Shown here piece by piece: positions 28,388 through 40,619 of a stretch of 64,000 nt of DNA. Each line of letters starts with the position of its first letter. Position 1 is the stretch's first letter. A program made the position numbers and the translations under genes. The notes under the pieces are model-generated. The model was not told the DNA's origin. It saw only the letters and a program-made list of their open reading frames with translations, and searched no databases. This stretch comes from a virus, in the IMG/VR virus record IMGVR_UViG_3300043775_002158, positions 1 to 64,000 of that record; one strand, 5' to 3'.

Positions 28388-28747
28388 CTATTTTCCCCAT
28401 TTTCCATTCTTCACTAATTGAGCAATAATGGAATAAACCGATAAGTCTTGGTAAGTGTCGTCCACGGCCTCTCCTACGTTGTCCTGAGCCCCTAAAACGA
28501 CCAATTGTTTGATCCTTTGGATCTTATCATTCATACGGAACCAAAGTCCCATTTGGGACAATTTACGGTCCTCCTCCTTACTTAAATCCTTACCTAAGGC
28601 GATGTTATCGGGGCCATAATTCGACTGTTTTTTACAGAATGTCTCATATTGGTCTCTCATAATTTTTTTGAATTCTCGGGTCATTTCGGGATACTTTTCC
28701 TCAATTTCTTTGATGACCGGATTTACTTGTAATTTCTCTTCAGACAT
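28388..28747 (-). CDS. DUF1599 / nucleotide-modification-associated domain protein
   Basis: KKQSNYG...RMNDKIQRI...DTYQDLSVYSII. Confidence 0.8.
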   Translation of the reverse strand: MSEEKLQVNPVIKEIEEKYPEMTREFKKIMRDQYETFCKKQSNYGPDNIALGKDLSKEEDRKLSQMGLWFRMNDKIQRIKQLVVLGAQDNVGEAVDDTYQDLSVYSIIAQLVKNGKWGK

Positions 28748-28819
28748 AAAATATCATTTATATTATAATATAACGATTTTCTTTTGTAATACAAAATATT
28801 TATATAAAAACATATACAT

Positions 28820-29065
28820 ATGGCTTCTAAGAAATACAAGGAAATGCAGTCTTCAGGTGAAAAACCGCATTCAGACCAACCTAAACACAAACAATTGATT
28901 AAAATGTTGACTTTCAGGGTTGTACCGGCTTATTATAAAGAAATTGAGAAGGTTGCTAACCACAAAGACATGACAGTTTCTAAATTAATCAGAACATATA
29001 TTAAAGAAGGTATGAAAAGAGACGGTGAATTAACTGATAAAGAAGAAAAAGACTTTGGTTTATAG
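28820..29065 (+). CDS. ribbon-helix-helix DNA-binding protein
   Basis: MLTFRV...YKEIEKVA....MTVSKLIRTYI. Confidence 0.7.
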   Translation: MASKKYKEMQSSGEKPHSDQPKHKQLIKMLTFRVVPAYYKEIEKVANHKDMTVSKLIRTYIKEGMKRDGELTDKEEKDFGL

Positions 29066-29073
29066 TAAAATTT

Positions 29074-29403
29074 ATGGAAAAACAAATTATTACCGAAAAT
29101 CAGGTAAAAAACATATTGGATAAAGTTTTAATGGAAGAAACTTCCAAAGTTTCTCGTAATGAATTTAGTCGTGTTCAGTTTAAAATTGAAGAATTACAAA
29201 ATTCACTTAATGAGACGGTTAGAGAATTAAGAAAATTGGAAGATTCAATCCCTGGAGGATTACAAAACCTTACAAAATCAAGAATTTCAATGATTTCATC
29301 AAATTTAACAAATTCACAAAAATTATTGGCTCTTGTTAAGGAAAAAATTAGAAATTATAAGAGAAGTTTATATTCTCAAACCATAGAAGAAAAGAAAAAA
29401 TGA
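29074..29403 (+). CDS. leader-bearing coiled-coil protein
   Basis: MEKQIITENQVKNILDKVLMEE. Confidence 0.75.
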   Translation: MEKQIITENQVKNILDKVLMEETSKVSRNEFSRVQFKIEELQNSLNETVRELRKLEDSIPGGLQNLTKSRISMISSNLTNSQKLLALVKEKIRNYKRSLYSQTIEEKKK

Positions 29404-29735
29404 TAAAATTTAGTGATTTATTGTTAGAATCAGAAAAAATTGGATTTGATGAGTTTTCTGCGAAGAGATTGAAGGGAGCAACCAAAATTACTGAAGATGC
29501 GAAGAAAAAAGGAGGTCCTTCTATGTTAACTTACCACCATTTTGTGGTAAAATTACCATATTACAAGAAAGCTTCCGAAGGAAAATTCAATTTAGACGAG
29601 GCAAAGTCAGAATTTAAAGAAAATCTTGACAAATTATGTAAATTGACTGAAAATGTTGATATTCAACAAGTTGAATTCCAAAGATTAGTCGGTTTAATTG
29701 AAGTTTTGGGTGAGTTGATCATAAAACATCGTTAA
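29400..29735 (+). CDS. leader-bearing hypothetical protein
   Basis: MIKFSDLLLE. Confidence 0.75.
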   Translation: MIKFSDLLLESEKIGFDEFSAKRLKGATKITEDAKKKGGPSMLTYHHFVVKLPYYKKASEGKFNLDEAKSEFKENLDKLCKLTENVDIQQVEFQRLVGLIEVLGELIIKHR

Positions 29736-30175
29736 ATTAACCCATCTTTCTTCTTCATTACCCTTTTTCCCTTTTTTGTTAAAAAAAACATCTCCTCAGT
29801 CGTATCATCTTCATAAGAATCAACTAATCCTTTCTCTTTTAATTCATACAATACACTACCAGCCACAATTTCACGTAAAACAACCTCAAATTCGTCATCG
29901 TTGAACACTCCGAGGAATTCATCGTCGTCCCCTTCTAATTCACCTAAAATAAATTTTTCAGTTAGCTTATCCAATAGGTATTTCTCTGCAAATGCGGTTG
30001 ATTGAATCTCATAATCCTCAAAAAATAGACTTTCAGTTAAATCACTAATAATCTCATTTGTCATTTCAATTACAACAGGTTGGTAAATCTTATTCATTAT
30101 CATTAAAATTGGTCTATTACAAATAATAACCAAAAAACAAATAAAAAAGAAATTTGAATGACTTTTATTTTCCAC
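29732..30175 (-). CDS. acidic protein with winged-helix-like C-terminus
   Basis: LYELKEKGLVDSY...FFLTKKGK; true start likely near 30100. Confidence 0.6.
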   Translation of the reverse strand: MENKSHSNFFFICFLVIICNRPILMIMNKIYQPVVIEMTNEIISDLTESLFFEDYEIQSTAFAEKYLLDKLTEKFILGELEGDDDEFLGVFNDDEFEVVLREIVAGSVLYELKEKGLVDSYEDDTTEEMFFLTKKGKRVMKKKDGLI

Positions 30176-30210
30176 ATTTATTTGTTATATTATATAAAAA
30201 TTAATTATAC

Positions 30211-31464
30211 ATGAAGAAAGGTAAAATTTTTGTACAGATCGCATCTTACAGAGACCCTGAGTTAGTCCCTACAATTGAGGATATGATTAACAAGGCAAAA
30301 AATCCACAAAATTTAACATTTGGTATTTGTTGGCAATATGATAGTAGTGAACCTATTACCATGTTTGACGGTATCGAACAATTTAGAATTAGTAAACATC
30401 ACTATAGTGAAAGTGAGGGTTTAGGTTGGGCAAGACACATTACTAATACACTATATGATGATGAAGAATTCACATTACAAATTGATTCACATCACAGATT
30501 TGTTCAAGATTGGGATGTAATGGTTTTGGAGGATTTTAAACAGGCGAAAAAATCAGTTAAAAAACCAATTATTACAACATATTGTACACCATTTAACCCA
30601 AAAGAATCTGAAGATAAATGGATACCAACTCCGTGTTTAATGTCTCAATATGAATTTAGTGGAGATAGATTATTGATGAGTATGCCTTGGTATATTCAAG
30701 ATTATAAAACAAGAACCGAGGTTATTAAGGCTAGAACAATGAGCGGTCACTTTTACTTTACGTATGGTAAATTTATAAAAGAAGTTCCATACGATCCAGA
30801 TATCTATTTTGGTGGTTATACTGAAGAAACAACATTAAGTGTTCGTGCATTTACTAATGGTTATGATTTCTTTAGTCCATATCGTATGATTATGTGGCAC
30901 GAGTATACAAGAAATTATCGAGTAAAACATTGGGACGATCATGGAGTGAATAGTGAAACAAAGAAAACAAGTGGAGAAAGAGATGTTTTTGCACGTAATA
31001 AAACACGTCAATTATTTGGAACTGAAGAATATGGAATTGATATGGGTATTTACGGTTTAGGAACTGTTAGAAGTTTACATGATTACGAAGTTTATGGAGG
31101 ATTCGATTTTAAAAAATGTTTAATCCAAGATTACACATTGAAAGTTAAAACACCACCAAATCCGTCTGATTGGGAAGCTCAGTTTATTAGAAACAAATAC
31201 GATTTGACATTAGAGTGGGATTTAGATTTCTTCAAAAAATTTGAGTTTAAAAATCCTAAGTTTTTAACATTTGCCATTCATACGAAATCTGGTGTGGAAT
31301 TATATCGAAAAGATTTCACAATTGAGGAGGCTCCACAGTATGTCAATTTAGAAAATAATAAAACTACCGTAAATTTAGAATGTATTGAGAAACCTGGTAA
31401 GATTGTTATGTATTTATTTGATGAAGATAAACAATGGAGTGATCGATACGAAAAAACAATCTAA
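30211..31464 (+). CDS. GT60-like polypeptide GlcNAc-transferase (Skp1 Gnt1-like)
   Basis: IFVQIASYRDPEL, GLGWAR, LQIDSHHRF, EVPYDP..YF.G..EE. Confidence 0.85.
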   Translation: MKKGKIFVQIASYRDPELVPTIEDMINKAKNPQNLTFGICWQYDSSEPITMFDGIEQFRISKHHYSESEGLGWARHITNTLYDDEEFTLQIDSHHRFVQDWDVMVLEDFKQAKKSVKKPIITTYCTPFNPKESEDKWIPTPCLMSQYEFSGDRLLMSMPWYIQDYKTRTEVIKARTMSGHFYFTYGKFIKEVPYDPDIYFGGYTEETTLSVRAFTNGYDFFSPYRMIMWHEYTRNYRVKHWDDHGVNSETKKTSGERDVFARNKTRQLFGTEEYGIDMGIYGLGTVRSLHDYEVYGGFDFKKCLIQDYTLKVKTPPNPSDWEAQFIRNKYDLTLEWDLDFFKKFEFKNPKFLTFAIHTKSGVELYRKDFTIEEAPQYVNLENNKTTVNLECIEKPGKIVMYLFDEDKQWSDRYEKTI

Positions 31465-32546
31465 TGAAAATAGTTTTTATATTAGTCGGAACTGAGGGAA
31501 GACCAATAATATTAAATGGGGATACTATCAGAAATGGCGGCGCGGCATGTTCGGGAACGGATCAAAGTATGATCTTAGTTTCCGAATATTTGGCCGAAAA
31601 AGGACATGATGTTACTTTGGTTTTAGATAAAACCGACGGTGCGACATGTAGAGGAGTAAAATATGTTGATTTCAATTATGGGGATTTAGTTAATAGTGAA
31701 GTTGATATTTTAGTAACTGCATTGTGGTTTGACAAATACAAAGAAATACCGTTTAAAGTCAACAAAGGTCTAATTTACTGGTATCACATGGCTTGGGTAT
31801 ATTGCATTAACGAAATGGTTGATTTTTGTAATGAAAGAAGTATTAAAATGGGATTTTTGAATATTTCAAAATGGGCCGAAGGTCAAAACGATTGGAGTAT
31901 TAAAGTGGGAGTTGAAAAAATTGAAAACACTTTAGTTAGAATTATACCTAATCCTATTATGACAGATTTAATGGATGAAATATCTAATCGAGGAGTTGAA
32001 AGAAAAAATAGAAGTTCAATATTCCACGCACAATACGGTAGAGGAGGGGATGTTGCGGACAGAACAATTAATGAATTAGGGTGGGAACCAATGTACAAGT
32101 TTGATTATATCAATCACCAAAACGGAACTGATAAAGAAACATTATTTAATAAGTTATTAGAAACTGATTATTTTATATTTCCTTTATATCATCCAAATGG
32201 TTGTGTTTATAAAGATACATTCTCATGTTCCGTTGCTGAAGCAATTGCCGCAGGTGTAATTGTTATAACATATAGTTTAGGTGCGGTACCTGAATATTTT
32301 TCAGACGGATGTGTGTTTTTAAATTTTCCACATGGAACGGATATGGAAAAAATGATGACAGAAAAGGTTACATGTGATGCACATTATATGGATTATACCG
32401 GTAATGTTAAAGACAAACTTTTAGAAGTGGAACATACGCCAGGTTTAAAAGAAGAAATAAGAAATAGAGCTAAGAATACAATAAAAGAAAGATTTTCAAT
32501 TTCCGTAGTCGGTAAAATGTGGGAAGATTTAATAAATGAATTTTAA
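31464..32546 (+). CDS. GT-B (GT4-like) glycosyltransferase
   Basis: DYFIFP...DTFSCSVAEAIAAGVIVITYSLGAVPE. Confidence 0.8.
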   Translation: MKIVFILVGTEGRPIILNGDTIRNGGAACSGTDQSMILVSEYLAEKGHDVTLVLDKTDGATCRGVKYVDFNYGDLVNSEVDILVTALWFDKYKEIPFKVNKGLIYWYHMAWVYCINEMVDFCNERSIKMGFLNISKWAEGQNDWSIKVGVEKIENTLVRIIPNPIMTDLMDEISNRGVERKNRSSIFHAQYGRGGDVADRTINELGWEPMYKFDYINHQNGTDKETLFNKLLETDYFIFPLYHPNGCVYKDTFSCSVAEAIAAGVIVITYSLGAVPEYFSDGCVFLNFPHGTDMEKMMTEKVTCDAHYMDYTGNVKDKLLEVEHTPGLKEEIRNRAKNTIKERFSISVVGKMWEDLINEF

Positions 32547-33253
32547 TGAATAATCCTTTTAATTTTTTTGACAAGATATTTTATATCAATTTAGATTCTC
32601 GTACAGATAGACAAGAATTTATGGAAGAACAATTTAAAAAGTTTAATATCGATGCTGAAAGATTTAGCGCCGTAAGTTTAACTAAAGAACAAAATGATGA
32701 TTTAGTAAAAAGAGGTTGTAATTTTTACGATGATCCAAGACCTAATTATGCTCCAAGAATAAAATCATGTACAATATCACATCTTTCAGTTTTATTAAGA
32801 GGTAAAATGATGGATTATGAAAATATTTTAATTTTTGAAGATGATGCGTTAATAGATGATAACATCATTAAAGATTTAGATGATTGTGTAAATGATTTAA
32901 AAAATAAAGAATGGGACATGTTTTATTTAGGTTGTAATCCCTTAGAATATTATAAAGAAACGGAAAATATAGGTAGAGTATTGAGGACTACAACAAATCA
33001 CGCATATTCTATTAATAGAAGATTTTATGATAAAATATTAACCAACTCAAATTTCTTTAGAAGATATCCATGTAATGATGGATATTATGGTGGTTTAGGT
33101 AGAGATAAAAATAATAAAATCTACATGGCATTAAAAAATTTAGTAACACAGAAAGAAAGTTTTTCAGATATTGAGGGTCATGACGTTAATTATACGTATT
33201 CAATAAATGATAAATACAAATATAACATTATAGAAAAACCTCAAGGATGGTAA
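32546..33253 (+). CDS. GT25 glycosyltransferase
   Basis: FYINLDSRTDR, ERFSAV, CTISH, ILIFEDD, WDMFYLG. Confidence 0.85.
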   Translation: MNNPFNFFDKIFYINLDSRTDRQEFMEEQFKKFNIDAERFSAVSLTKEQNDDLVKRGCNFYDDPRPNYAPRIKSCTISHLSVLLRGKMMDYENILIFEDDALIDDNIIKDLDDCVNDLKNKEWDMFYLGCNPLEYYKETENIGRVLRTTTNHAYSINRRFYDKILTNSNFFRRYPCNDGYYGGLGRDKNNKIYMALKNLVTQKESFSDIEGHDVNYTYSINDKYKYNIIEKPQGW

Positions 33254-34020
33254 TAACATATGACTTTTTAGCGAAACATGGACAATTAGGAAATCAAATG
33301 TTTCAATACGCATTATTACTTGGAGTTAAACATAAATTAAATTGCGATATTGTAATCGATACCGAAGTAAGAAATAGATCTTATCTATTTAATTTTTTTG
33401 ATTTAAAGGAACCAATAATAAAAGATTTTCAAACTGACAATTTATTTAATGAAATCGATTATCATTTTAATTCTAATGTATTTGACATAAAGGAGGATAC
33501 AAATTTTAGAGGTTATTATCAATCTGAAAAGTACTTTAAACATTGTGAAAATATTGTTAGAAACGAGTTCACATTTAAATCAGAAATTAGTGACAGAGTG
33601 TTTGAATTTATCAAACCATTTGAAGGTAAAAGATTAGTATCGGTACATATTAGAAGAGGTGATTACTTAATTAATCCCGACGCTCATCCATTATGTTCTT
33701 TAGATTATTACAATCAATCGATGGATATGTTAGACGGTGAAAACGTAATGTTTATATGTTCATCAGATGATAAAGAATGGTGTGAACAAAATATCAAAAG
33801 AGATAATATTGTTTTTAATAAGTCAGATCTTGCACATGATATGTGTTTAATATCGAAATGTAATGACCACATTATCGCAAATAGTACGTTTAGTTGGTGG
33901 GGTTCTTGGTTATCTCAAAATAAAAATAAAAAAATAATCGCACCAAGTACTTGGTTTGGTCCTAGATATTCACACTGGGATTTAAGTGATTTATATTGTG
34001 AAAACTTTATAAAAATATAG
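33247..34020 (+). CDS. GT11 alpha-1,2-fucosyltransferase
   Basis: GQLGNQMFQYA, GYYQSEKYF, VSVHIRRGDY, IIANSTFSWWG. Confidence 0.92.
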   Translation: MVITYDFLAKHGQLGNQMFQYALLLGVKHKLNCDIVIDTEVRNRSYLFNFFDLKEPIIKDFQTDNLFNEIDYHFNSNVFDIKEDTNFRGYYQSEKYFKHCENIVRNEFTFKSEISDRVFEFIKPFEGKRLVSVHIRRGDYLINPDAHPLCSLDYYNQSMDMLDGENVMFICSSDDKEWCEQNIKRDNIVFNKSDLAHDMCLISKCNDHIIANSTFSWWGSWLSQNKNKKIIAPSTWFGPRYSHWDLSDLYCENFIKI

Positions 34021-34024
34021 ACAT

Positions 34025-34633
34025 ATGTTAATGACCGATCTACAAAAACATTTTACAAAACCTTTAAAAGGTGCAATCCACATTGGTGCACATCACGGAC
34101 AAGAAAAGGGGTGGTACAATCAAAATGGTATTAATCCGATAGTTTGGATCGATGCCAATCCACAATACGAATTAGGTTTAAGAACACAATACCCAAATGA
34201 TATTACAATAATATCTGGTGTTGGGAGTGAGAATAAAATTGAAAAATTTAAAATTGCAAATAATGGTGAATCATCGTCATTTTTAAATTGGGGAACTCAC
34301 CAAAATGAACATCCACATGTTAACTTTATTGATGAAATAGAAGTTCAAATAAAACCAATGGAACAATTAATTCAAGAAAACAATTTAGATGTTGAAAAAT
34401 ATAATTTTTTAAATGTCGATGTTCAAGGGTATGAATTGGAAGTTTTTAAAGGATTCGGTGAATATCTTAATAATTTTGATTACGTTTATTGTGAAGTAAA
34501 TGAAGATTATCTTTATGAAAATTGCGCATTAGTTTCAGATATTGATGATTATCTTTCTAAATATAATTTAGAAAGAGTTGAGACGTTTATGACGATACAT
34601 AAATGGGGAGATGCTTTATATGTAAAAAAATAA
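34025..34633 (+). CDS. FkbM-family methyltransferase
   Basis: IHIGAHHGQE, NNGESSS, FLNVDVQGYELEVFKG. Confidence 0.88.
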   Translation: MLMTDLQKHFTKPLKGAIHIGAHHGQEKGWYNQNGINPIVWIDANPQYELGLRTQYPNDITIISGVGSENKIEKFKIANNGESSSFLNWGTHQNEHPHVNFIDEIEVQIKPMEQLIQENNLDVEKYNFLNVDVQGYELEVFKGFGEYLNNFDYVYCEVNEDYLYENCALVSDIDDYLSKYNLERVETFMTIHKWGDALYVKK

Positions 34634-34634
34634 T

Positions 34635-35719
<1,085 letters not shown>

Positions 35720-35723
<4 letters not shown>

Positions 35724-35860
35724 GAGGTTTTCTTTTTTTCTTCAGGTTTCTTCAAACCTTTCTTTAATTCTTCTTTTTTTTCACGAGCAATCTTTTCAAG
35801 TTGTTTATGTTGCTCAGAAATTCTTTTTTTTTCCTCTTCGGACATACCAAATACTGCCAT
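35720..35860 (-). CDS. small charged peptide (46 aa)
   Basis: Hand translation MAVFGMSEEEKKRISEQHKQLEKIAREKKEELKKGLKKPEEKKKTS; follows 35863 ORF directly. Confidence 0.55.
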
Positions 35861-35862
35861 GA

Positions 35863-36183
35863 TTATATTGTTTTATTTTCCATTATTTCTATAGAATCAT
35901 CTTTCTTATGTTTTAACATCTCACATTTTTCGTATTCTTCCCTTTCTTCAAAAATAACAATCAAGGCGTCTAATATTTCAATATAAAGTTGTAAATCATT
36001 ATCATAAGATAAGATGGTACATGTATTATTATACTCATTTAATATCTCATTGTCAACTGCAACCATAAAGTTGGAGATCATTTCCAATTCATCCTCATCA
36101 TAATTGTCGTTATGTAAAACTCTTGTTGATTGTAAAAGAAAGTTGGATGACATACTCATACTATTATCATAAATATCACTCAT
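35863..36183 (-). CDS. acidic protein with UVR-like motif
   Basis: FEEREEYEKCEMLK. Confidence 0.65.
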   Translation of the reverse strand: MSDIYDNSMSMSSNFLLQSTRVLHNDNYDEDELEMISNFMVAVDNEILNEYNNTCTILSYDNDLQLYIEILDALIVIFEEREEYEKCEMLKHKKDDSIEIMENKTI

Positions 36184-36503
36184 ATAGTGTCTTTTAATTT
36201 TTTATCTAATATCCTGAAACACTCAAGAAATCCATCTGTCTCAGTTTCATCTCTAGTGGTTCTTGAATCCTGTGTAGGTCCAAATACAATACCATTTTTA
36301 AGTGACACACTAAAAACCCATTGATGTGGGTTATACATTTCTATTGTTAGGTACACACCCTCTTTATCAAAAAACTGATAAAGTTTTTTTGAGTCATATA
36401 ACCCTAAAGTTGATAGACTTATCACTCCAACATTTGGAAACATAGTATCCTTAAACCTTTGAAAGGCAATAGGATACAAATATTCTATAACATACCAATC
36501 CAT
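36180..36503 (-). CDS. hypothetical protein
   Basis: 107 aa ORF overlapping next start. Confidence 0.7.
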   Translation of the reverse strand: MDWYVIEYLYPIAFQRFKDTMFPNVGVISLSTLGLYDSKKLYQFFDKEGVYLTIEMYNPHQWVFSVSLKNGIVFGPTQDSRTTRDETETDGFLECFRILDKKLKDTI

Positions 36504-36599
36504 ATGAATAATAATAAGAAAAATATCTCTATTTTGTATCTATAAAAGGTATATTTTTTGATTTTGAATAAAATCCATATAATTATCATTGTTTAGCCC

Positions 36600-36839
36600 A
36601 TGTATATAAGAGAATTTTATTATAATGACGACAATAGGATATTGTACGTTGAGTTTTCAACCGATAATGACGGTGACGACACATATAGAGTGTTAGAATT
36701 AACAATTGAGGATGTTATGTATTATTCTCCTAATATTATTCATGAGAATGACATGTATAAAATGGAGGAAGATGATGTTATTGAACTAATCGACCAATAT
36801 GCAACTGAAAATGATTTACCTGAAGAATCAATTTTGTAA
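36600..36839 (+). CDS. small very acidic protein
   Basis: 79 aa, D/E-rich. Confidence 0.7.
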   Translation: MYIREFYYNDDNRILYVEFSTDNDGDDTYRVLELTIEDVMYYSPNIIHENDMYKMEEDDVIELIDQYATENDLPEESIL

Positions 36840-36851
36840 TATTTATAAAGT

Positions 36852-37220
36852 ATGAGTTTTTTAACTGACGAGAAAAAGGAGATTTTAGACAAGTTTGTCC
36901 TATTTGTAAAGGAACAATTGGAACTTAAAACTGTTCCAACCATTAAGATACAAAACCATAGAGACGGTCTAAAAACGACTGCAAACTACGATTACACTAA
37001 AGAAAACAAGATCATCAAGGTATGTGCTAAGAACCGAGCACTTGTGGATGTATGTAGAAGTATTGCTCATGAGATGGTTCATCACAAACAATTTGAACAG
37101 GGACGTCTTAAGGTTCGACCACCCGATATTGGAGGTGAAATTGAAGATGAGGCGAACGCTAAGGCCGGTCAATACATTAAAATGTATTCCAAGAAAGATC
37201 CCAATATCTACGAAGAATAG
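36852..37220 (+). CDS. HExxH metallopeptidase-like protein
   Basis: RSIAHEMVHHKQ...EIEDEANAKAG; TATTTATA upstream. Confidence 0.75.
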   Translation: MSFLTDEKKEILDKFVLFVKEQLELKTVPTIKIQNHRDGLKTTANYDYTKENKIIKVCAKNRALVDVCRSIAHEMVHHKQFEQGRLKVRPPDIGGEIEDEANAKAGQYIKMYSKKDPNIYEE

Positions 37221-37305
37221 TTAATTCTTTATTTTTATACTAAAAAAGGGTATTTTTCCCTATACCAATACCGTATTCAAAAGTTTTATTGGATATTTAT
37301 AAACT

Positions 37306-38994
37306 ATGAAGTTGGGCTTAACCGATAAACAATATAATTTATTACTGACCGTATTAAAAGAACAAGGGGAAACTCCCGCCGCTGAACCCGAAAAAGGTAC
37401 ATCAGATAAACAGTCGGGTGGTCAGGGATATCCTAGTGTGGGTAAATGGGAAAGTGGTGTTACAAGAGGACCAGGTAATCAAGTGGGGGTAACTAAATGG
37501 GCTGATGTAGTTGGTTCAAAACTAACAAGAGGTAAAGGTAATCAATTAAAAGAACAAGAAGAACCTCTATTATTCGATAAGGGTGATCAATTAAGAAAAG
37601 AAAAAGACGAGAAAACAAAAAAAGAAGAACAAGAATTTTTTAAAAAATTTGTTAATTATCCAACACCATTAGGTTATAACAAATTAAATCAAATAACATT
37701 ACCAAGAAGTGTGGGGGAAAATAAAACAAAGATTGTTTTATTTGGTGATGACGGTAACAAAAAAGTTAATGATTTTTTTAAAATATATTTAACAGATAGT
37801 AGATATAAACAATACGATTGGGTTATACCTACCCCAAAATATTTAAATGAACTATTACCAAGTGGAACAATATCTAAGTTTAATGTGAATAATATTTGGT
37901 ATTTCCCAATTTTAAAAAGAGTTAGTGATAATCCATTATATTATAAATTTAATGGGTATTACACCAAAGATAATAATTATCCATATAAATTAGATATGTT
38001 TTTAAATGAAAAAGACATACCTGAATCATTAAGAGAAAAAACTGGATTTTGGAATGAATGGGGAAATATGATATTAGTATCTGCCGGACTAATTATTTCT
38101 TTTTGGGTACCTGGTTCAATAGGATTATGGGTTGGTTTAGGAATTGATTCAGTTGCCGTAATTAACTCTATTTTGTTAGAGGATAGTGTTGGTGCGATTT
38201 TAGGTATTGTCTGTGCATTTTTACCTTTTATTGGTATGGGATTAAAAATAGGTGAGGTAAGCGTTTCACAAGCAAGAAGAATCACTGGAGCATTAAAATA
38301 TTGTAAAACTGAAGAAGAACTTGCTAATTTAATTAATGGAGTAAGTAAAACACCGGGAGGAAGACTTTTAACCAATCAAGATAGATATGTTTTACAAAAA
38401 TTAAAAGATATCGACCCCAAAGAAATCGGTAAATTAATGGAAGGATCTATATTAGAAAAAATTAATATATTAAAAAAACAAAATACAATTGTATCAAAAC
38501 AGGAATTACAAAAAATATATGAAAATGTAAATGAATTATATAATAAAGGAATTATAGATAAAGTAAAGGCAGATAAATTTTATAAAAGATTTGGATTTGA
38601 AACTTTATCATTTGTTGTAGGGTCAATTTTTGGTATAGGGTTCATAAGTGAAATTTTAAAGGGTTTAAAACAATATTATATGATTAAAAATAAAGATTTT
38701 AGTGGAGACCCTAATTATGTAAAATTTATTAATTTACAAGAAACATTTTTACAATTAGATCGTGATTTAGTCGGTGAAAAAAGACAAAAATACGAACAAC
38801 AAATCGAACCAATACATAAAAAATATCAAGAACTTTGTAAATCAACTTTTTCCGATAATGAATTTGATATTAGACTTTTGAGTATATGTATTGATGTTAT
38901 GAGAAAATATAACGAAAATGAAAATGTTAATTTAGATAATGTAGCATATCAACAATTCATTATCGAAAAAAAAGAATATGAAAAAAATAAATAA
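37306..38994 (+). CDS. leader-bearing membrane protein (putative ejected/internal virion protein)
   Basis: MKLGLTDKQYNLLLTVLKEQ; duplicated KW...TRG.GNQ motif; hydrophobic Gly-rich helices mid-protein. Confidence 0.65.
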   Translation: MKLGLTDKQYNLLLTVLKEQGETPAAEPEKGTSDKQSGGQGYPSVGKWESGVTRGPGNQVGVTKWADVVGSKLTRGKGNQLKEQEEPLLFDKGDQLRKEKDEKTKKEEQEFFKKFVNYPTPLGYNKLNQITLPRSVGENKTKIVLFGDDGNKKVNDFFKIYLTDSRYKQYDWVIPTPKYLNELLPSGTISKFNVNNIWYFPILKRVSDNPLYYKFNGYYTKDNNYPYKLDMFLNEKDIPESLREKTGFWNEWGNMILVSAGLIISFWVPGSIGLWVGLGIDSVAVINSILLEDSVGAILGIVCAFLPFIGMGLKIGEVSVSQARRITGALKYCKTEEELANLINGVSKTPGGRLLTNQDRYVLQKLKDIDPKEIGKLMEGSILEKINILKKQNTIVSKQELQKIYENVNELYNKGIIDKVKADKFYKRFGFETLSFVVGSIFGIGFISEILKGLKQYYMIKNKDFSGDPNYVKFINLQETFLQLDRDLVGEKRQKYEQQIEPIHKKYQELCKSTFSDNEFDIRLLSICIDVMRKYNENENVNLDNVAYQQFIIEKKEYEKNK

Positions 38995-39011
38995 TTATAA
39001 TAAATAAGTAG

Positions 39012-40619
39012 ATGAAACTGAATGAACAAATAAATAGTATAAGTAGGTTATTAAATAATACTAAGATATTTCCTGAAAATAAAAAAAATTTACAAGAAGC
39101 AACTGGTAATCCTGTTCATAATCCATTTGATATGGCTCAATTAGTGGGTAGGTTAATTTATAGAAAAATACCAAAAGATGTATCTGACGAGATCGATAAT
39201 ATAATTGATAAATTATCGTTACCAACTGTTAGGGCAATTGAATTTGATGAAACAGGTAGAATTATTAAAGGTATTAATTTAGATAATATTAGTGATTCAC
39301 AGTTAAAAAATCTTTTTAGAATACCTGAAGTTAGAGGGGCGTTAGAAGATTATGCTAAAAATTATAGAGCAAGAGATAATGGACCCATTTATCCAATAGA
39401 TTTAAATAATATTAACATTGCGGGGGCAAATCCAAGAAGTCCATTTTCAAGAATTATAAACGCTTATAGGAATTCAAAAAATGATATTATAACTTTAACT
39501 AAATTTGATAAAATAGTTAGATTACCTTTTAAAAGATTAATGATAAAATATGGTAATTTTGACAATATATATGAGTTTTTTAAAGATAAAATAAAATATA
39601 ATTTGATGTTAAGGGGGGTAGAAACCGGCATAAAACCTGATTATGCTCTCAGAATGAAAAAATTATATGAAGATGCCGTCAAAATAACTAAGGATTGGAG
39701 CGATGTTCAGGGAAAAGGAATGGTTAACATAGATTCATATAGAAAAAAATTATATGACATACTAAAAGAAATGAAACTTTTGGATAGAAAATGTCAAAGA
39801 GACGTTTTTGATAAATTAGTAACATTATTGCCTGAAAATATAAAAAAAGAACTTGATGATACGGTAAAAATTACTGATGACGAATTATCTAAATTATGGG
39901 AACAGTTGACAGCAGTATCCAAATCAGGAGCGTCATTTGACGATAAATATTTATTTTATTTAGGTGGTGTTGGTAGAATGTTAAGTGATATTCGTGGAGG
40001 AAGAGGTATGGATTTTGCAAAAAGATGGGGTAATTTTTTAATTGGTTTAGATTTTAGACTAAATCGTGAGATGACTAATAATATACGAGTTAAAGGTAGG
40101 TTTGGATTTATATGGAGAGAAGCCTCTTTACGTGCCTTTTTATATGCAATTGCGGTTGGTACGGTTGATTATTACTTAGCGTATCAGAAAAAAGAAAAGG
40201 GAACAGCCCTTAATATTTTTGGTGCTAACTTTGAACCTAATTTAGAATGGCAAAGACCAAAAGAAATTGAAGATAAGGATGTAAATGGACTTGGTTATTT
40301 TTTATCTCATGTTGGTCAAACATCTGGTACATATTTTTTAAAACATCCAATTCATGCATCCACGATGGGTCCACTACCAAGAGTAATAGATGCTTTTTTT
40401 AACGATCCAGATAAACAAAGAAATAAAGACATTACCGAAACCGAATTACACGATAAATCTTGGGAAGAGTATTTAAAAAACGTTAGAAATAACGAAGAAT
40501 ATAAACTTTTATCTCCACAAGATAAGATTAAAGCGGAAGAAGAGGCTAAAGTTGCCTTTGAAACACAATTTAAAAAAGTTAATGAAGCAAAAAAAGCATT
40601 AAAAAAATTAGATAATTAA
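39012..40619 (+). CDS. leader-bearing helical protein
   Basis: MKLNEQINSISRLL...LQE; one hydrophobic segment. Confidence 0.7.
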   Translation: MKLNEQINSISRLLNNTKIFPENKKNLQEATGNPVHNPFDMAQLVGRLIYRKIPKDVSDEIDNIIDKLSLPTVRAIEFDETGRIIKGINLDNISDSQLKNLFRIPEVRGALEDYAKNYRARDNGPIYPIDLNNINIAGANPRSPFSRIINAYRNSKNDIITLTKFDKIVRLPFKRLMIKYGNFDNIYEFFKDKIKYNLMLRGVETGIKPDYALRMKKLYEDAVKITKDWSDVQGKGMVNIDSYRKKLYDILKEMKLLDRKCQRDVFDKLVTLLPENIKKELDDTVKITDDELSKLWEQLTAVSKSGASFDDKYLFYLGGVGRMLSDIRGGRGMDFAKRWGNFLIGLDFRLNREMTNNIRVKGRFGFIWREASLRAFLYAIAVGTVDYYLAYQKKEKGTALNIFGANFEPNLEWQRPKEIEDKDVNGLGYFLSHVGQTSGTYFLKHPIHASTMGPLPRVIDAFFNDPDKQRNKDITETELHDKSWEEYLKNVRNNEEYKLLSPQDKIKAEEEAKVAFETQFKKVNEAKKALKKLDN